The notes under the pieces are model-generated. The model was not told the DNA's origin, searched no databases, and saw only the letters and a list, made by a program, of their open reading frames with translations. A stretch of DNA of 27,311 nt from an uncultured Oligoflexus sp. (GTDB lineage: Bacteria > Bdellovibrionota_B > Oligoflexia > Oligoflexales > Oligoflexaceae): positions 12,489 through 39,799 of the forward strand of contig CAXSGP010000014.1 of the NCBI GenBank assembly GCA_964236955.1, read 5' to 3'. The translations under genes and the position numbers were made by a program. Shown here in pieces: positions 1-9,007 of the stretch (the stretch's first letter is position 1; each line of letters starts with the position of its first letter).

Positions 1-1992
1 ATCAATCTTCGCTCACTTTTGACCTTTAAGAATGGTCTTAAACCCATTCCTTTGGAGGAAGTGGAAAGCGTCACGGATATCGTCAAACGTTTTGCCACAG
101 GAGCCATGAGTTTTGGGTCTATTTCGAAAGAAACGCATGAGACTGTCGCCATCGCCATGAATCGCATTGGGGCCAGGAGTAATTCGGGCGAGGGCGGCGA
201 GGATGCCGAGCGGTATATAAAGCTTTCTAATGGTGATTTGAAGAGAAGCGCGATTAAACAGGTCGCCAGCGCGAGATTTGGCGTCACCAATCATTATCTG
301 GTCAATGCCGACGAGCTGCAAATCAAAATGGCTCAAGGGGCCAAGCCCGGCGAGGGTGGGCAATTGCCAGGCGATAAGGTCGATAGCGAGATTGCACGGG
401 TTCGTCATAGCACGCCCGGCATCACTCTGATCTCCCCGCCGCCGCATCATGATATCTATAGCATCGAAGACCTGGCGCAGCTTATTTTCGACCTTAAAAA
501 TGCCAATCATGAAGCGCGTGTCAGCGTAAAGCTTGTCTCCGAGGTTGGGGTGGGAACGATCGCCGCTGGTGTGGCCAAGGCCAAAGCTGATGCGATTCTT
601 ATCAGTGGTTATGAAGGGGGTACGGGCGCAAGTCCACTTTCATCGATTCGTCATGCGGGTCTTCCCTGGGAGCTGGGTCTCAGCGAGACCCAACGAGCCC
701 TGGTTGACAATCAGCTTCGCGGCCGTGTCACCCTACAAGTCGATGGACAGTTGCGCACACCACGCGATATCGCAATCGCGACCATGATGGGTGCTGAGGA
801 ATGGGGTATAGGCACGGGCGCCCTGATTGTTTTGGGCTGCATAATGATGCGAAAATGCCATCTTAATACCTGTCCCGTAGGAATAGCCACGCAGGATCCC
901 GTATTAAGGGGGCGCTTCGCGGGCCAGTCGGAGCATTTGATAAACTATGTCTTTCTCCTTGCCGAAGGTCTGCGCGAGATCATGGCTGAACTGGGCGTGG
1001 CTACCGTTAAAGAATTGGTGGGTCGGGTCGATCTTCTGGAAAAGAAGCCGTTTGAAGCTGATTCGCGTTTGGATCGAATCAGTGTCGCCGCGCTCCTGAC
1101 GCCGCCTCAATCGAATGCGGCCCGCTGCAAACAGGAGCGGCAGGAGCATTTTATCCTGGACAGTCTCGATGCGAAGGATTTACTGCCAGCCAGTCGGCGC
1201 GCTCTGGACGGGATCTCAAATGTTTCCATCGATCGGAATCTAATCAATACGCAGCGATCGGTTGGAACTTTTCTCTCGTCGGCGATCTCCAGAAAATTTG
1301 GGGCGAAGGGACTGACGACGCATAGCATTCATCTCAACTTCAAAGGAATTGGGGGCCAAAGTTTTATGGCTTTTGCGGTGCATGGCCTTCGCGTTCGACT
1401 GGAAGGGGAAGTGAATGATTATTGCGGGAAGGGACTTTCGGGAGCCGTAATCGCTGTTTACCCACCGCCCTCCATACAAGGGGACCAGCAGATCATCTGC
1501 GGTAACGTCGCCCTTTACGGTGCAACTTCGGGTGCACTTTATGTGAGAGGCTCTGCCGGTGAACGATTTGCCGTTCGCAATAGTGGAGCGCATGCGGTTG
1601 TGGAAGGGGTCGGGGATCATGGCTGTGAGTATATGACCGGCGGCAGTGTGATTGCCATGGGCGCGATCGGCCGTAACTTCGGGGCAGGGATGAGTGGCGG
1701 CCTGGCCTTTGTTTACGATAAAAATCGACAGGCTCAGCAGCACATCAATGGTGAGATGCTCAGTGTTAGCCGCGGTATCGAAATCGAAGACGAGAGCCTG
1801 GTATGGGAACAACTGGAAGAGCATGCACGCCTAACCGGAAGCCCTAATGCAAGGCGTATACTCGAGCGCTGGTCGGAGGAGAAACAAAATTTTCTGACCG
1901 TCATCCCAAGTGCCTATAGGGCCATGCGTAAGACCGCAGCAAAACCCCATCGTGCGGTTCGTGAATTTGAGCAAGGAGGTTTGCATGGGTGA
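1..1992 (+). CDS. gltB: Glutamate synthase large subunit, C-terminal part (5'-truncated by the window edge)
   Basis: The frame is open from base 1. Motifs: GAMSFGSIS, SNSGEGGED, IKQVASARFGV, QIKMAQGAKPGEGGQLPG, PPPHHDIYSIEDLAQLI, the [3Fe-4S] cysteines GCIMMRKCHLNTCPVG, and the C-terminal GXGXG beta-helix (GERFAVRNSGA, EGVGDHGCEYMTGG). Confidence 0.98.
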   Translation: MNLRSLLTFKNGLKPIPLEEVESVTDIVKRFATGAMSFGSISKETHETVAIAMNRIGARSNSGEGGEDAERYIKLSNGDLKRSAIKQVASARFGVTNHYLVNADELQIKMAQGAKPGEGGQLPGDKVDSEIARVRHSTPGITLISPPPHHDIYSIEDLAQLIFDLKNANHEARVSVKLVSEVGVGTIAAGVAKAKADAILISGYEGGTGASPLSSIRHAGLPWELGLSETQRALVDNQLRGRVTLQVDGQLRTPRDIAIATMMGAEEWGIGTGALIVLGCIMMRKCHLNTCPVGIATQDPVLRGRFAGQSEHLINYVFLLAEGLREIMAELGVATVKELVGRVDLLEKKPFEADSRLDRISVAALLTPPQSNAARCKQERQEHFILDSLDAKDLLPASRRALDGISNVSIDRNLINTQRSVGTFLSSAISRKFGAKGLTTHSIHLNFKGIGGQSFMAFAVHGLRVRLEGEVNDYCGKGLSGAVIAVYPPPSIQGDQQIICGNVALYGATSGALYVRGSAGERFAVRNSGAHAVVEGVGDHGCEYMTGGSVIAMGAIGRNFGAGMSGGLAFVYDKNRQAQQHINGEMLSVSRGIEIEDESLVWEQLEEHARLTGSPNARRILERWSEEKQNFLTVIPSAYRAMRKTAAKPHRAVREFEQGGLHG

Positions 1993-3439
1993 GTTAAGAG
2001 GATTTTTGGACTACCCGCGTCGTCCGTTGAAAAAACAGCCTGTGCATGAAAGAGTTCAGCATTTTAAAGAATTTATTAGCCGATATGAAGAAGCGCCACT
2101 GCGGGAACAGGCAGCCCGCTGCATGGATTGTGGCGTCGCTTTTTGTCACAATGGTTGTCCGCTTGGGAATTTGATCCCGAATTGGAACCAACTCGTAACC
2201 GAGGCTCAGTATAAAGCCGCGCTGGAGGCTCTACTCAGTACCAATAACTTTCCTGAATTCACCGGCCGGATATGTCCGGCGCCCTGCGAATCAGCCTGCG
2301 TTCTAGGGATTAATGATGACCCGGTGGCGATCGAAGGCATCGAGATGGCATTGGCCGACATGGGATTTGAAAAGGGCTGGATCACTGCGGAGCGGCCGCT
2401 CTATCGGAGCGGTAAAAAGGTGGCGGTCATTGGCTCAGGTCCTTCTGGGCTCGCGGCAGCCCAGCAACTCAACCGGGCTGGCCATTCGGTTGTTGTGTTT
2501 GAACGATCGGACCGTCCCGGTGGGCTTTTGATGTATGGGATCCCCGATTTTAAGCTCGAAAAATCAAAGGTGATGCGCCGCATCAAGCTGCTGGAGGAGG
2601 AGGGTATCGAATTCCGCTGCGGCATCGACGTCGGCCGCGATATCACAGCGGCTGAGCTGCAAGAGAATTTTGATGCGATTTTGTTGGCCTCAGGGGCTGC
2701 GGAAAAGCGTGATGTCCTTATTCCCGGGCGCGAACTCCAGGGCATTTATTTTGCCGATGAACTCTTGAGCCAATCGACGCAACGCGTGCTGGGTGATTCG
2801 ATTCCCTCGGAAAAAACTGTCTTCGCCGCCGACAGAGACGTGATCGTGATCGGGGGTGGTGATACGGGATCGGATTGTGTGGGAACGAGTCGGCGCCAGG
2901 GGGCTCGATCCCTCGTGCAATTTGAAATTATGACGCAACCCCCCAAGCTTTCGTCTTTTCCACGTGCCGCAGAGCGTCCGGAAGAATCGGCCTGGCCGGC
3001 ATGGACTCATATGCTGCGTACTTCAAGCTCGCATGAAGAGGGAATTGACAGGCACTGGTCGCTTGAAACTGTGGCCTTTGAAGGGGACGGGCAGGGTCAC
3101 GTCAAAAGTTTAAAAACTCGGGAATTAGCCTGGTTCACCAATGATCAGGGCCGCAAAGTGAGTGAGGCCGTTCCGGGCAGCGAAAAGTCCTGGCCTTGTC
3201 AGATGGTGATGATTGCAGTGGGCTTTTTAGGGGCCGAGCGCCGCGGGCTGGCAGAGGCATTGGGATTGAGGTTTGATCCGCGCGGAAATATTGCAAGCAC
3301 GCAGTACGCGACTCATGTTCGAGGGGTTTTTGCAGCCGGGGACGCCCGGCGCGGCCAGTCGCTTGTGGTTTGGGCCATTGCTGAGGGACGTGAGGCGGCA
3401 AAGGCGGTGAATGGCTTTCTAAAGCAGCAGGAGGATTGA
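1985..3439 (+). CDS. gltD: Glutamate synthase small subunit
   Basis: ATG at 1985 follows AAGGAGGT (1973-1980) and overlaps the gltB stop. Fe-S motifs RCMDCGVAFCHNGCP and GRICPAPCESAC, FAD motif GSGPSG, NAD(P) motif IGGGDTG, C-terminal GDARRGQSLVVWAIAEGR. Confidence 0.97.
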   Translation: MGELRGFLDYPRRPLKKQPVHERVQHFKEFISRYEEAPLREQAARCMDCGVAFCHNGCPLGNLIPNWNQLVTEAQYKAALEALLSTNNFPEFTGRICPAPCESACVLGINDDPVAIEGIEMALADMGFEKGWITAERPLYRSGKKVAVIGSGPSGLAAAQQLNRAGHSVVVFERSDRPGGLLMYGIPDFKLEKSKVMRRIKLLEEEGIEFRCGIDVGRDITAAELQENFDAILLASGAAEKRDVLIPGRELQGIYFADELLSQSTQRVLGDSIPSEKTVFAADRDVIVIGGGDTGSDCVGTSRRQGARSLVQFEIMTQPPKLSSFPRAAERPEESAWPAWTHMLRTSSSHEEGIDRHWSLETVAFEGDGQGHVKSLKTRELAWFTNDQGRKVSEAVPGSEKSWPCQMVMIAVGFLGAERRGLAEALGLRFDPRGNIASTQYATHVRGVFAAGDARRGQSLVVWAIAEGREAAKAVNGFLKQQED

Positions 3440-3482
3440 GGCCAGCTGGCGTTTTTGCGGACTTTTCAGGATGATTTTCACG

Positions 3483-3511
3483 AAAAAAACGGGCCAAGGT
3501 GCCCATTTTTT
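3483..3511. terminator. Probable bidirectional intrinsic terminator between convergent gltD and the lipoprotein gene
   Basis: A7-C-GGGC-caaggt-GCCC-A-T6: a short GC stem flanked by A and T tracts, giving a U tail on both strands. Confidence 0.55.
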
Positions 3512-3534
3512 CGGCTTCCGCTTTATTTCAATTT

Positions 3535-4608
3535 CTAGGGACAGGATTCGATGGTCGGCAATTGAATACGGAGCTCAGAAATCACGAGATTATTGATAAC
3601 CGCCCGGCTTGGCCCACCAATTGAAAAATTAAATTTGAGTTTGGTCGATGCCGCCGCACAGGATTTATCGAAAAAAGGCTGATTCTTGGGGGGGACCACC
3701 CGCGAACCCTCAGGGGCTTTGTCATAGTAGCTGCAGACAAATGGTTTTTGGCTATTCGTGGCCGCATTGAAGACAAATCCTTCGCAGGGCTGCACCCGGA
3801 TACCGTTAGCATCCTGACCTTCTGCGGTGAACCAAAAATTCTTGCTATAAAAATCCGCGTCGCCTTGGAAAGTTAATTTGTAGGCGAAAGGAACGTAAAT
3901 TTTGCCTATCGGTTTATCTATATCCAATGTTACCGAGCAGTTTGGATATTTCGTTAATTCAATAATCCTATTGTTGATGATGCCTTCGGGTTTCAAAATA
4001 ATGTCCGAGTTTTCCACATAGCCTGTAACGACCTGACCAAAGCAGCTGTCACTAATCGAAATTTTTGGGGGCATAGGCATAAGCGGGGGAGTCGGAAGGG
4101 GAACCTGTGGCATCGGCATGGGCTTTCCTGGGGCCGTATCCATAGGCAAAGGAAGGGGGAGTGGGCCGGGTCGGGGAAGCGGCACCTCAACCGCGGGCGG
4201 AAGAGGAGTAGCCGGCACTGCGGTATGATCCTCGCCCTGAATGATGGTATTTTCACCTGATTTGCAGATGTCTACTAGCGCATTTTCTTTGGGTTGAACA
4301 AAAACATAAGCGCGCCCAGAGTCACAGGAGGTATATTCGATGGCTCCATCGGGCCCATAGATCACCATATCGATGCTATAGGTACCGCTTGACAACTTAA
4401 TCTTGAGATCTCTGCCTCGTAACTGAAAAGGTGTGGTGACGCGATCCATGCGGGTAAAGATTACCAGAGCTTCCTGTCCTTTGATTTCGCCGGGAAGGCG
4501 AATCGAAATTTCAGAGGTGGTACTCAGGTCATTGTCACGGGCAACAGTTTTGCATGATGAGCTGCTAACAGCGAGCGAACAAAGTATTGCAAGTTGACTA
4601 TTTCGCAT
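3535..4608 (-). CDS. Hypothetical lipoprotein with a central proline-rich linker
   Basis: 357-aa ORF with a GGGGAG RBS. N-terminus MRNSQLAILCSLAVSSSS-C-KT resembles a lipoprotein signal. An approximately 50-aa Pro-rich segment separates two Cys-containing domains. No family recognised. Confidence 0.7.
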   Translation of the reverse strand: MRNSQLAILCSLAVSSSSCKTVARDNDLSTTSEISIRLPGEIKGQEALVIFTRMDRVTTPFQLRGRDLKIKLSSGTYSIDMVIYGPDGAIEYTSCDSGRAYVFVQPKENALVDICKSGENTIIQGEDHTAVPATPLPPAVEVPLPRPGPLPLPLPMDTAPGKPMPMPQVPLPTPPLMPMPPKISISDSCFGQVVTGYVENSDIILKPEGIINNRIIELTKYPNCSVTLDIDKPIGKIYVPFAYKLTFQGDADFYSKNFWFTAEGQDANGIRVQPCEGFVFNAATNSQKPFVCSYYDKAPEGSRVVPPKNQPFFDKSCAAASTKLKFNFSIGGPSRAVINNLVISELRIQLPTIESCP

Positions 4609-4626
4609 GGTTCATCTCCCCTGTTA

Positions 4627-6498
4627 TCAATTGCTTTTGATAGAAAATGCTTTAGGAGCCTTTTTGTCGATGTTTTGCTCATTGCCCCAGCAGGTTACCG
4701 TGGCTGAATTCTGAGCTGCGCACGCATACCCGGAGGATGTGATCACGACTTCCTTCACATCGGCCAGGGTGCTGGGCGGAACAATCGAATAGCTGCTTTT
4801 GTAGTAGCGACTGCCCCAGCATGAAACCTGATTTTGCCTGCCATAAATAGCACAGATATTGTTGCCGTTACGACTCGCCGTTAAGGAGTGAACGTCCTGC
4901 AGGGCTGGAGCAGGGGTATAGTCGCTCACTGTAGAGGCTAATCCCCAGCATCGAAGTGAACCGCTGGTGGTTACGGCACAGCTCTCATAGTAGCCTGCAA
5001 GCACGAGGCGAACATCCTTTAGGTCAGCAGGAGGTGTTTGAGCGATAGTGTAATTGGTATCCCAGCACTTTACGCTGCGATCTTTGAGTAGAGCACAAAT
5101 ATGCTGAAGGCCTACGCTAACGGAAAGCACTTCGCCTATTCCTGTCGGGGCCACTTTGTTGATGTATCCGACGTTTTCAAGGCGCTCGCCCCAGCATTCC
5201 ATCGCGCTGGCGCTATCGATGGCGCAATTTACGTTGCCGTTGGTGGATAGATATTGGATGGTTCCAAGTGCGGTCGGACCAGTGGTCTGATGATAGGCCC
5301 CTTCGCCCCAACAATTCACAGAACCTGCGCTGGTTACGCCACAAAAATGACCGCTGCCGCTGCTTACCTGATTGAAAGGAATGCCCCGTGGCGCATCGAT
5401 ATTGTTCCAGCATCTTAAGACACTGCCATCGCTGGCCAGGGTACAGATATGGTCGTTCGACAAAGCGACCTTATCGGCAAATACTACTGAACTCGAAACG
5501 GGACCAACTGGGTTCGATATCATACTGGCCGTCATCGGAAAGGCACCGGTCTGGCCCCAGCAGCTAAGGCGTCCGCCCTGGGACGCCGCGCACAATCCAT
5601 TATCGGCGGCTGCAAGGCTTGAAATCTTCATATTCTTGCCGGTGAAAACACAGTAATTATCGATGCGTTCATAGCCTTCCAAAGCACATGTGGTTGATAA
5701 TATTCTTGGTTTATTATCGGCTTGGCATTCGTATTTGATATCTTCAATTCCAACCCGAACTGTTGAAGGCGCATTGACGTTTAATCCAAAGCTGCAGGTC
5801 GGAGCCAGGGCTTCGGTTATTTTGATCAAAATACTATCGCGCTTGTCGGTTAGCCTATACATCTTTACATCGCGGAGCATTGCCGTAAAAATTGCCGCCT
5901 GCTGATCCGCGGTCGTTGCCAGTTCAGACTGAAGGGAAAGGGTGGAATTGATATCGATCCGCTTCAGTTTTTCAGGGTCATTGCTTGCCGCTACGAGCGC
6001 TAGGCTTTCCTCTTCCGCTTTCCGAAGCGTTTGGGCCGCTTCCTCACGGGTCGCAGTCATGACGGCTTTAATTTCATCAAACTCGACCTGATCGATTTCA
6101 TTGTTAAGATTAGCGATCGACTGCTTGAGATCTTTGATATACGAGCTAAGCTGATCGACTCGTTGCTTTTTCGTACCCAAAAGATCCTGGCCCGCAGGTC
6201 CAAGAAGCTCGGCAGCTATCGCATCTTTTAGAGCCATGGGGGTTAGAGTGGTGACCGACTTATTGCAAATTATTTTGGCCTTGGCGATATTATTCTCACT
6301 ATCCAGAGCGACTTGAACTTCTTCAGTGGCGGGACAGGCATTGACAAAGAACATATCATCTTCAAAGTAGACGAATTTCGCTTGGCTATCACTCATGAAC
6401 CAAACGCTTTGAAGGCGGGATCGGTTCGATGTTTTGCATGAAATCAGGGTTATGAGGCAAGGCAGAAGGCACAGCCATGACCATGGGATGCTTTTCAT
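4627..6498 (-). CDS. Lipoprotein with an N-terminal coiled coil and a C-terminal RCC1/BLIP-II-like beta-propeller
   Basis: Signal and lipobox LITLIS-C-KT. Heptad-like segment RVDQLSSYIKDLKQSIANLNNEIDQVE. Eight repeats of the form C-x(8-10)-C-W-(G/N/D), e.g. HFCGVTSAGSVNCWG and HICALLKDRSVKCWD. AAGGA RBS. Confidence 0.8.
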   Translation of the reverse strand: MKSIPWSWLCLLPCLITLISCKTSNRSRLQSVWFMSDSQAKFVYFEDDMFFVNACPATEEVQVALDSENNIAKAKIICNKSVTTLTPMALKDAIAAELLGPAGQDLLGTKKQRVDQLSSYIKDLKQSIANLNNEIDQVEFDEIKAVMTATREEAAQTLRKAEEESLALVAASNDPEKLKRIDINSTLSLQSELATTADQQAAIFTAMLRDVKMYRLTDKRDSILIKITEALAPTCSFGLNVNAPSTVRVGIEDIKYECQADNKPRILSTTCALEGYERIDNYCVFTGKNMKISSLAAADNGLCAASQGGRLSCWGQTGAFPMTASMISNPVGPVSSSVVFADKVALSNDHICTLASDGSVLRCWNNIDAPRGIPFNQVSSGSGHFCGVTSAGSVNCWGEGAYHQTTGPTALGTIQYLSTNGNVNCAIDSASAMECWGERLENVGYINKVAPTGIGEVLSVSVGLQHICALLKDRSVKCWDTNYTIAQTPPADLKDVRLVLAGYYESCAVTTSGSLRCWGLASTVSDYTPAPALQDVHSLTASRNGNNICAIYGRQNQVSCWGSRYYKSSYSIVPPSTLADVKEVVITSSGYACAAQNSATVTCWGNEQNIDKKAPKAFSIKSN

Positions 6499-6900
6499 AT
6501 ACTATCCTTTGCATATAAGCTTGGCTAAGAAAAATGGCCATTCACTCGACTCGCGCCGTGGCTTTGGTAAATTGTGCAATGGATCGAGTTTGTCTGAATT
6601 ATCTTAACACTATTACATTGGACTTTAAAGCCAACGCAGACCCAAGCCTGCAAGGAATTAATTTGCTAAAATGGATAACAGGCGCTCAGGCACCGTACTA
6701 CTCGGCTGTGGGCGGCAAAAACTTGAGGGATTATTTTACTGAAGAAGCTTAGGAAGTGCACAATTCGGCAAACTTATATTTTTTGCTCAATGGTATGTTG
6801 ACATCCGAGGTATAATGGAAGCCAGTCGTAGTCAATGATGACGACTATCCTATCCCTCTGTTTCTTTTCGCCACCTCCGATCTAGTAAAGGATTGCGCTT

Positions 6901-7947
6901 ATGAAGGCTCGCTTTGAAAGCATAGGAACTTACCTTCCCTCTCGAGAACTCAGTATGCAGGACCGACTGGCGAAAATGAAAAATCCGCCAGCCTTCGACA
7001 TGGAAGGGATCACCGGCATCAAATCCGTCCGTTGGGCCGATGATGATCATGACGATTCCTTCACCATGGCAATCGCTGCTGCCAAAGACTGCCTGAGCCG
7101 CTCCCGATATAAAGCTGAAGATCTGGATGTCATAATAATTGGCAATATCACCCGATTCACCGATGGTAAAAAGCGCCACTTTCAATTTGAACCCCCGATG
7201 AGTCATGCCGTCAAATACCAGCTCGGGGCACCTCAGGCGATGCATTTTGATGTGTCGAACGCCTGTGCCGGCATGTTCACAGGGGTTCTGCTACTGGAGC
7301 GTATGATCAAGGCCGGTACTATCAGGAGAGGCATGATCATCAGCGGTGATTTCATCACCCCAATCAGTGAAACTGCGGCGATGGAAATCTCCGGAGCGAA
7401 TGATCCCCAGTTTGGATCGATGACGGTCGGGGATTCAGGCTGTGCCTTGATTTTGGATGCTTCGGAAAATGATCAGGATTGCATCAATTATTTCGAGATC
7501 ATGGGCTGTTCCGAATATGCCGAGCTATGCCTGGGGATGCCAAGTATAGAAACCGAAGGCCTGTGTCTTTACACGGTCAATGCCGAGATGCACAAGAAGG
7601 ATCGAGTCCAGTTGTGGCCTACCTTTCAGCTTGACTACTATAAAAAGAAGGGTGGCAGCCTGTCCACCGAGAAATTCGACCACATCATTCATCATCAGGT
7701 GGGGACCCGCGCTATCCATAACTTCAGCAAATACGGTGCTGAGTATTTCGGTTCCCCGCTCCCCGAGTCCTCGCTACGGACTGTTGATTATCTCGGTAAT
7801 ACCGCGACCACCGCCCACTTTATTGTGCTTGCTGAATCATTAAGAAATGGCAAAATCAAAAAAGGCGAAAAAATTCTTATCGTCCCCGCCGCATCGGGAG
7901 TTGTGACAGGATTTCTCTCGGTAACTATCAGCAATTTGGAGGCATAA
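6901..7947 (+). CDS. KAS-III/OleA-like condensing enzyme, catalytic subunit (LstA-like)
   Basis: FDVSNAC122AG, HH265QVG and LGN300T give an intact Cys-His-Asn triad. Also GITGIKSVRW, FE97PP and MTVGDSGCA. AAGGA RBS upstream. Confidence 0.88.
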   Translation: MKARFESIGTYLPSRELSMQDRLAKMKNPPAFDMEGITGIKSVRWADDDHDDSFTMAIAAAKDCLSRSRYKAEDLDVIIIGNITRFTDGKKRHFQFEPPMSHAVKYQLGAPQAMHFDVSNACAGMFTGVLLLERMIKAGTIRRGMIISGDFITPISETAAMEISGANDPQFGSMTVGDSGCALILDASENDQDCINYFEIMGCSEYAELCLGMPSIETEGLCLYTVNAEMHKKDRVQLWPTFQLDYYKKKGGSLSTEKFDHIIHHQVGTRAIHNFSKYGAEYFGSPLPESSLRTVDYLGNTATTAHFIVLAESLRNGKIKKGEKILIVPAASGVVTGFLSVTISNLEA

Positions 7948-7948
7948 A

Positions 7949-8836
7949 ATGGGAGCAATCATTCTGGCAACTGGAATTCACCAGGATCCCAAGGTAAACA
8001 GTTCCATAGAAAACGCGATCGCAGCCGCTAAAAAATGCATTGCACAAGCCAATATTCAAGCTGAAGACATCGATCTTCTCATCAATACTGGCGTTTATCG
8101 TGACCAAAACACTATCGAGCCTGGTATCGTGATGCTGATACAAAAAAGATTAGGCATCAATCTTGACTATGTAAAGGCCGGTACCGGCAAAGCCGCCTTT
8201 GGCTTTGATCTCATGAATGGCGGAATAGGTACCCTCAATGCCATGAAAATCGCCGATTCCTTTTTGCAAAGCGATGCGGCTCGTTATGTATTGATCGTCA
8301 GCGGTGAAACTCATCCATCCCAACGCAATGTCGAGGGTTTTCCCTATTCCACGATGGGTTCGGCGATTCTTATTGCCAAAAATACCGATCCTCAGCGCGG
8401 CTTTCAGGGCTTTTCCTTCCGTTCCAAGCCCCATGCTAAGGGCGGAATCAACGGTTACCTTGAATTCCGCAACATGGGTACCGATGGTCGTAACCTTATG
8501 ACGATCGAACGCGCGCCCGACTATATAGCGGCGGCTCGGGAACTAGCCGTCAGACTTTGTAAGGATTACCTTTTAGAAAAGAAGAAGCCGGCAAAGGATT
8601 TCCGCTTAATAAGCTCCCAATTGGATCTACACTTTGCTCAGGACCTTGCAAAGGAAGTCGGATTCGACCCTCAATCAACCCTATCTCTCTATGAATCCTA
8701 TGGCGATGTCCACTCCGCGACCTTTGGCCTTGGCTTTCATCAGCTCACAGAAAAAAAGCTGCCTAAAAATTCCCCCGTGCTCTTTGTCGGTGCTGCGGCA
8801 GGTTTGGATGCCGGCGTCGTGCATTACGTCTCTTAA
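7949..8836 (+). CDS. KAS-III/OleA-like protein lacking the catalytic triad (LstB-like partner subunit)
   Basis: Thiolase-fold motifs IDLLINTGVYRD..IE57P, FGFDLMNGG (Gly92 at the Cys position), VLIVSGE, ISSQ (Ser for His), YGDVHS (Asp for Asn) and GAAAG. Starts 1 nt after the upstream stop, with GGAGG inside the upstream gene. Confidence 0.8.
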   Translation: MGAIILATGIHQDPKVNSSIENAIAAAKKCIAQANIQAEDIDLLINTGVYRDQNTIEPGIVMLIQKRLGINLDYVKAGTGKAAFGFDLMNGGIGTLNAMKIADSFLQSDAARYVLIVSGETHPSQRNVEGFPYSTMGSAILIAKNTDPQRGFQGFSFRSKPHAKGGINGYLEFRNMGTDGRNLMTIERAPDYIAAARELAVRLCKDYLLEKKKPAKDFRLISSQLDLHFAQDLAKEVGFDPQSTLSLYESYGDVHSATFGLGFHQLTEKKLPKNSPVLFVGAAAGLDAGVVHYVS

Positions 8837-8950
8837 GAATATTTTTTTTGGCGACCTGCGGCACCAGTGGTTGCAGGTCATCCCCAGGACTCCTCTCTTC
8901 CCAATTCTATCTGTCGATGAGAGGAGAGCATTGGCGCGGATGAAAATGTA

Positions 8951-8996
8951 GAAAGAACCGACTGAAGGCGCAGCCTCTGTCTCAGCCGGTTCTTTC
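8951..8996 (-). terminator. Long hairpin just downstream of kynB, probable terminator of the minus-strand operon
   Basis: GAAAGAACCGACTGA (8951-8965) pairs with TCAGCCGGTTCTTTC (8982-8996). The single mismatch becomes a G-U pair on the minus-strand RNA, which ends in ...GGUUCUUUC. Confidence 0.6.
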
Positions 8997-9007
8997 CCTA
9001 ATAAAGG

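Noticed and set aside
1910..1984. Upstream start for gltD given in the ORF track
   Set aside because: It lies inside gltB. ATG 1985 has a strong RBS and the typical MG...GF start.
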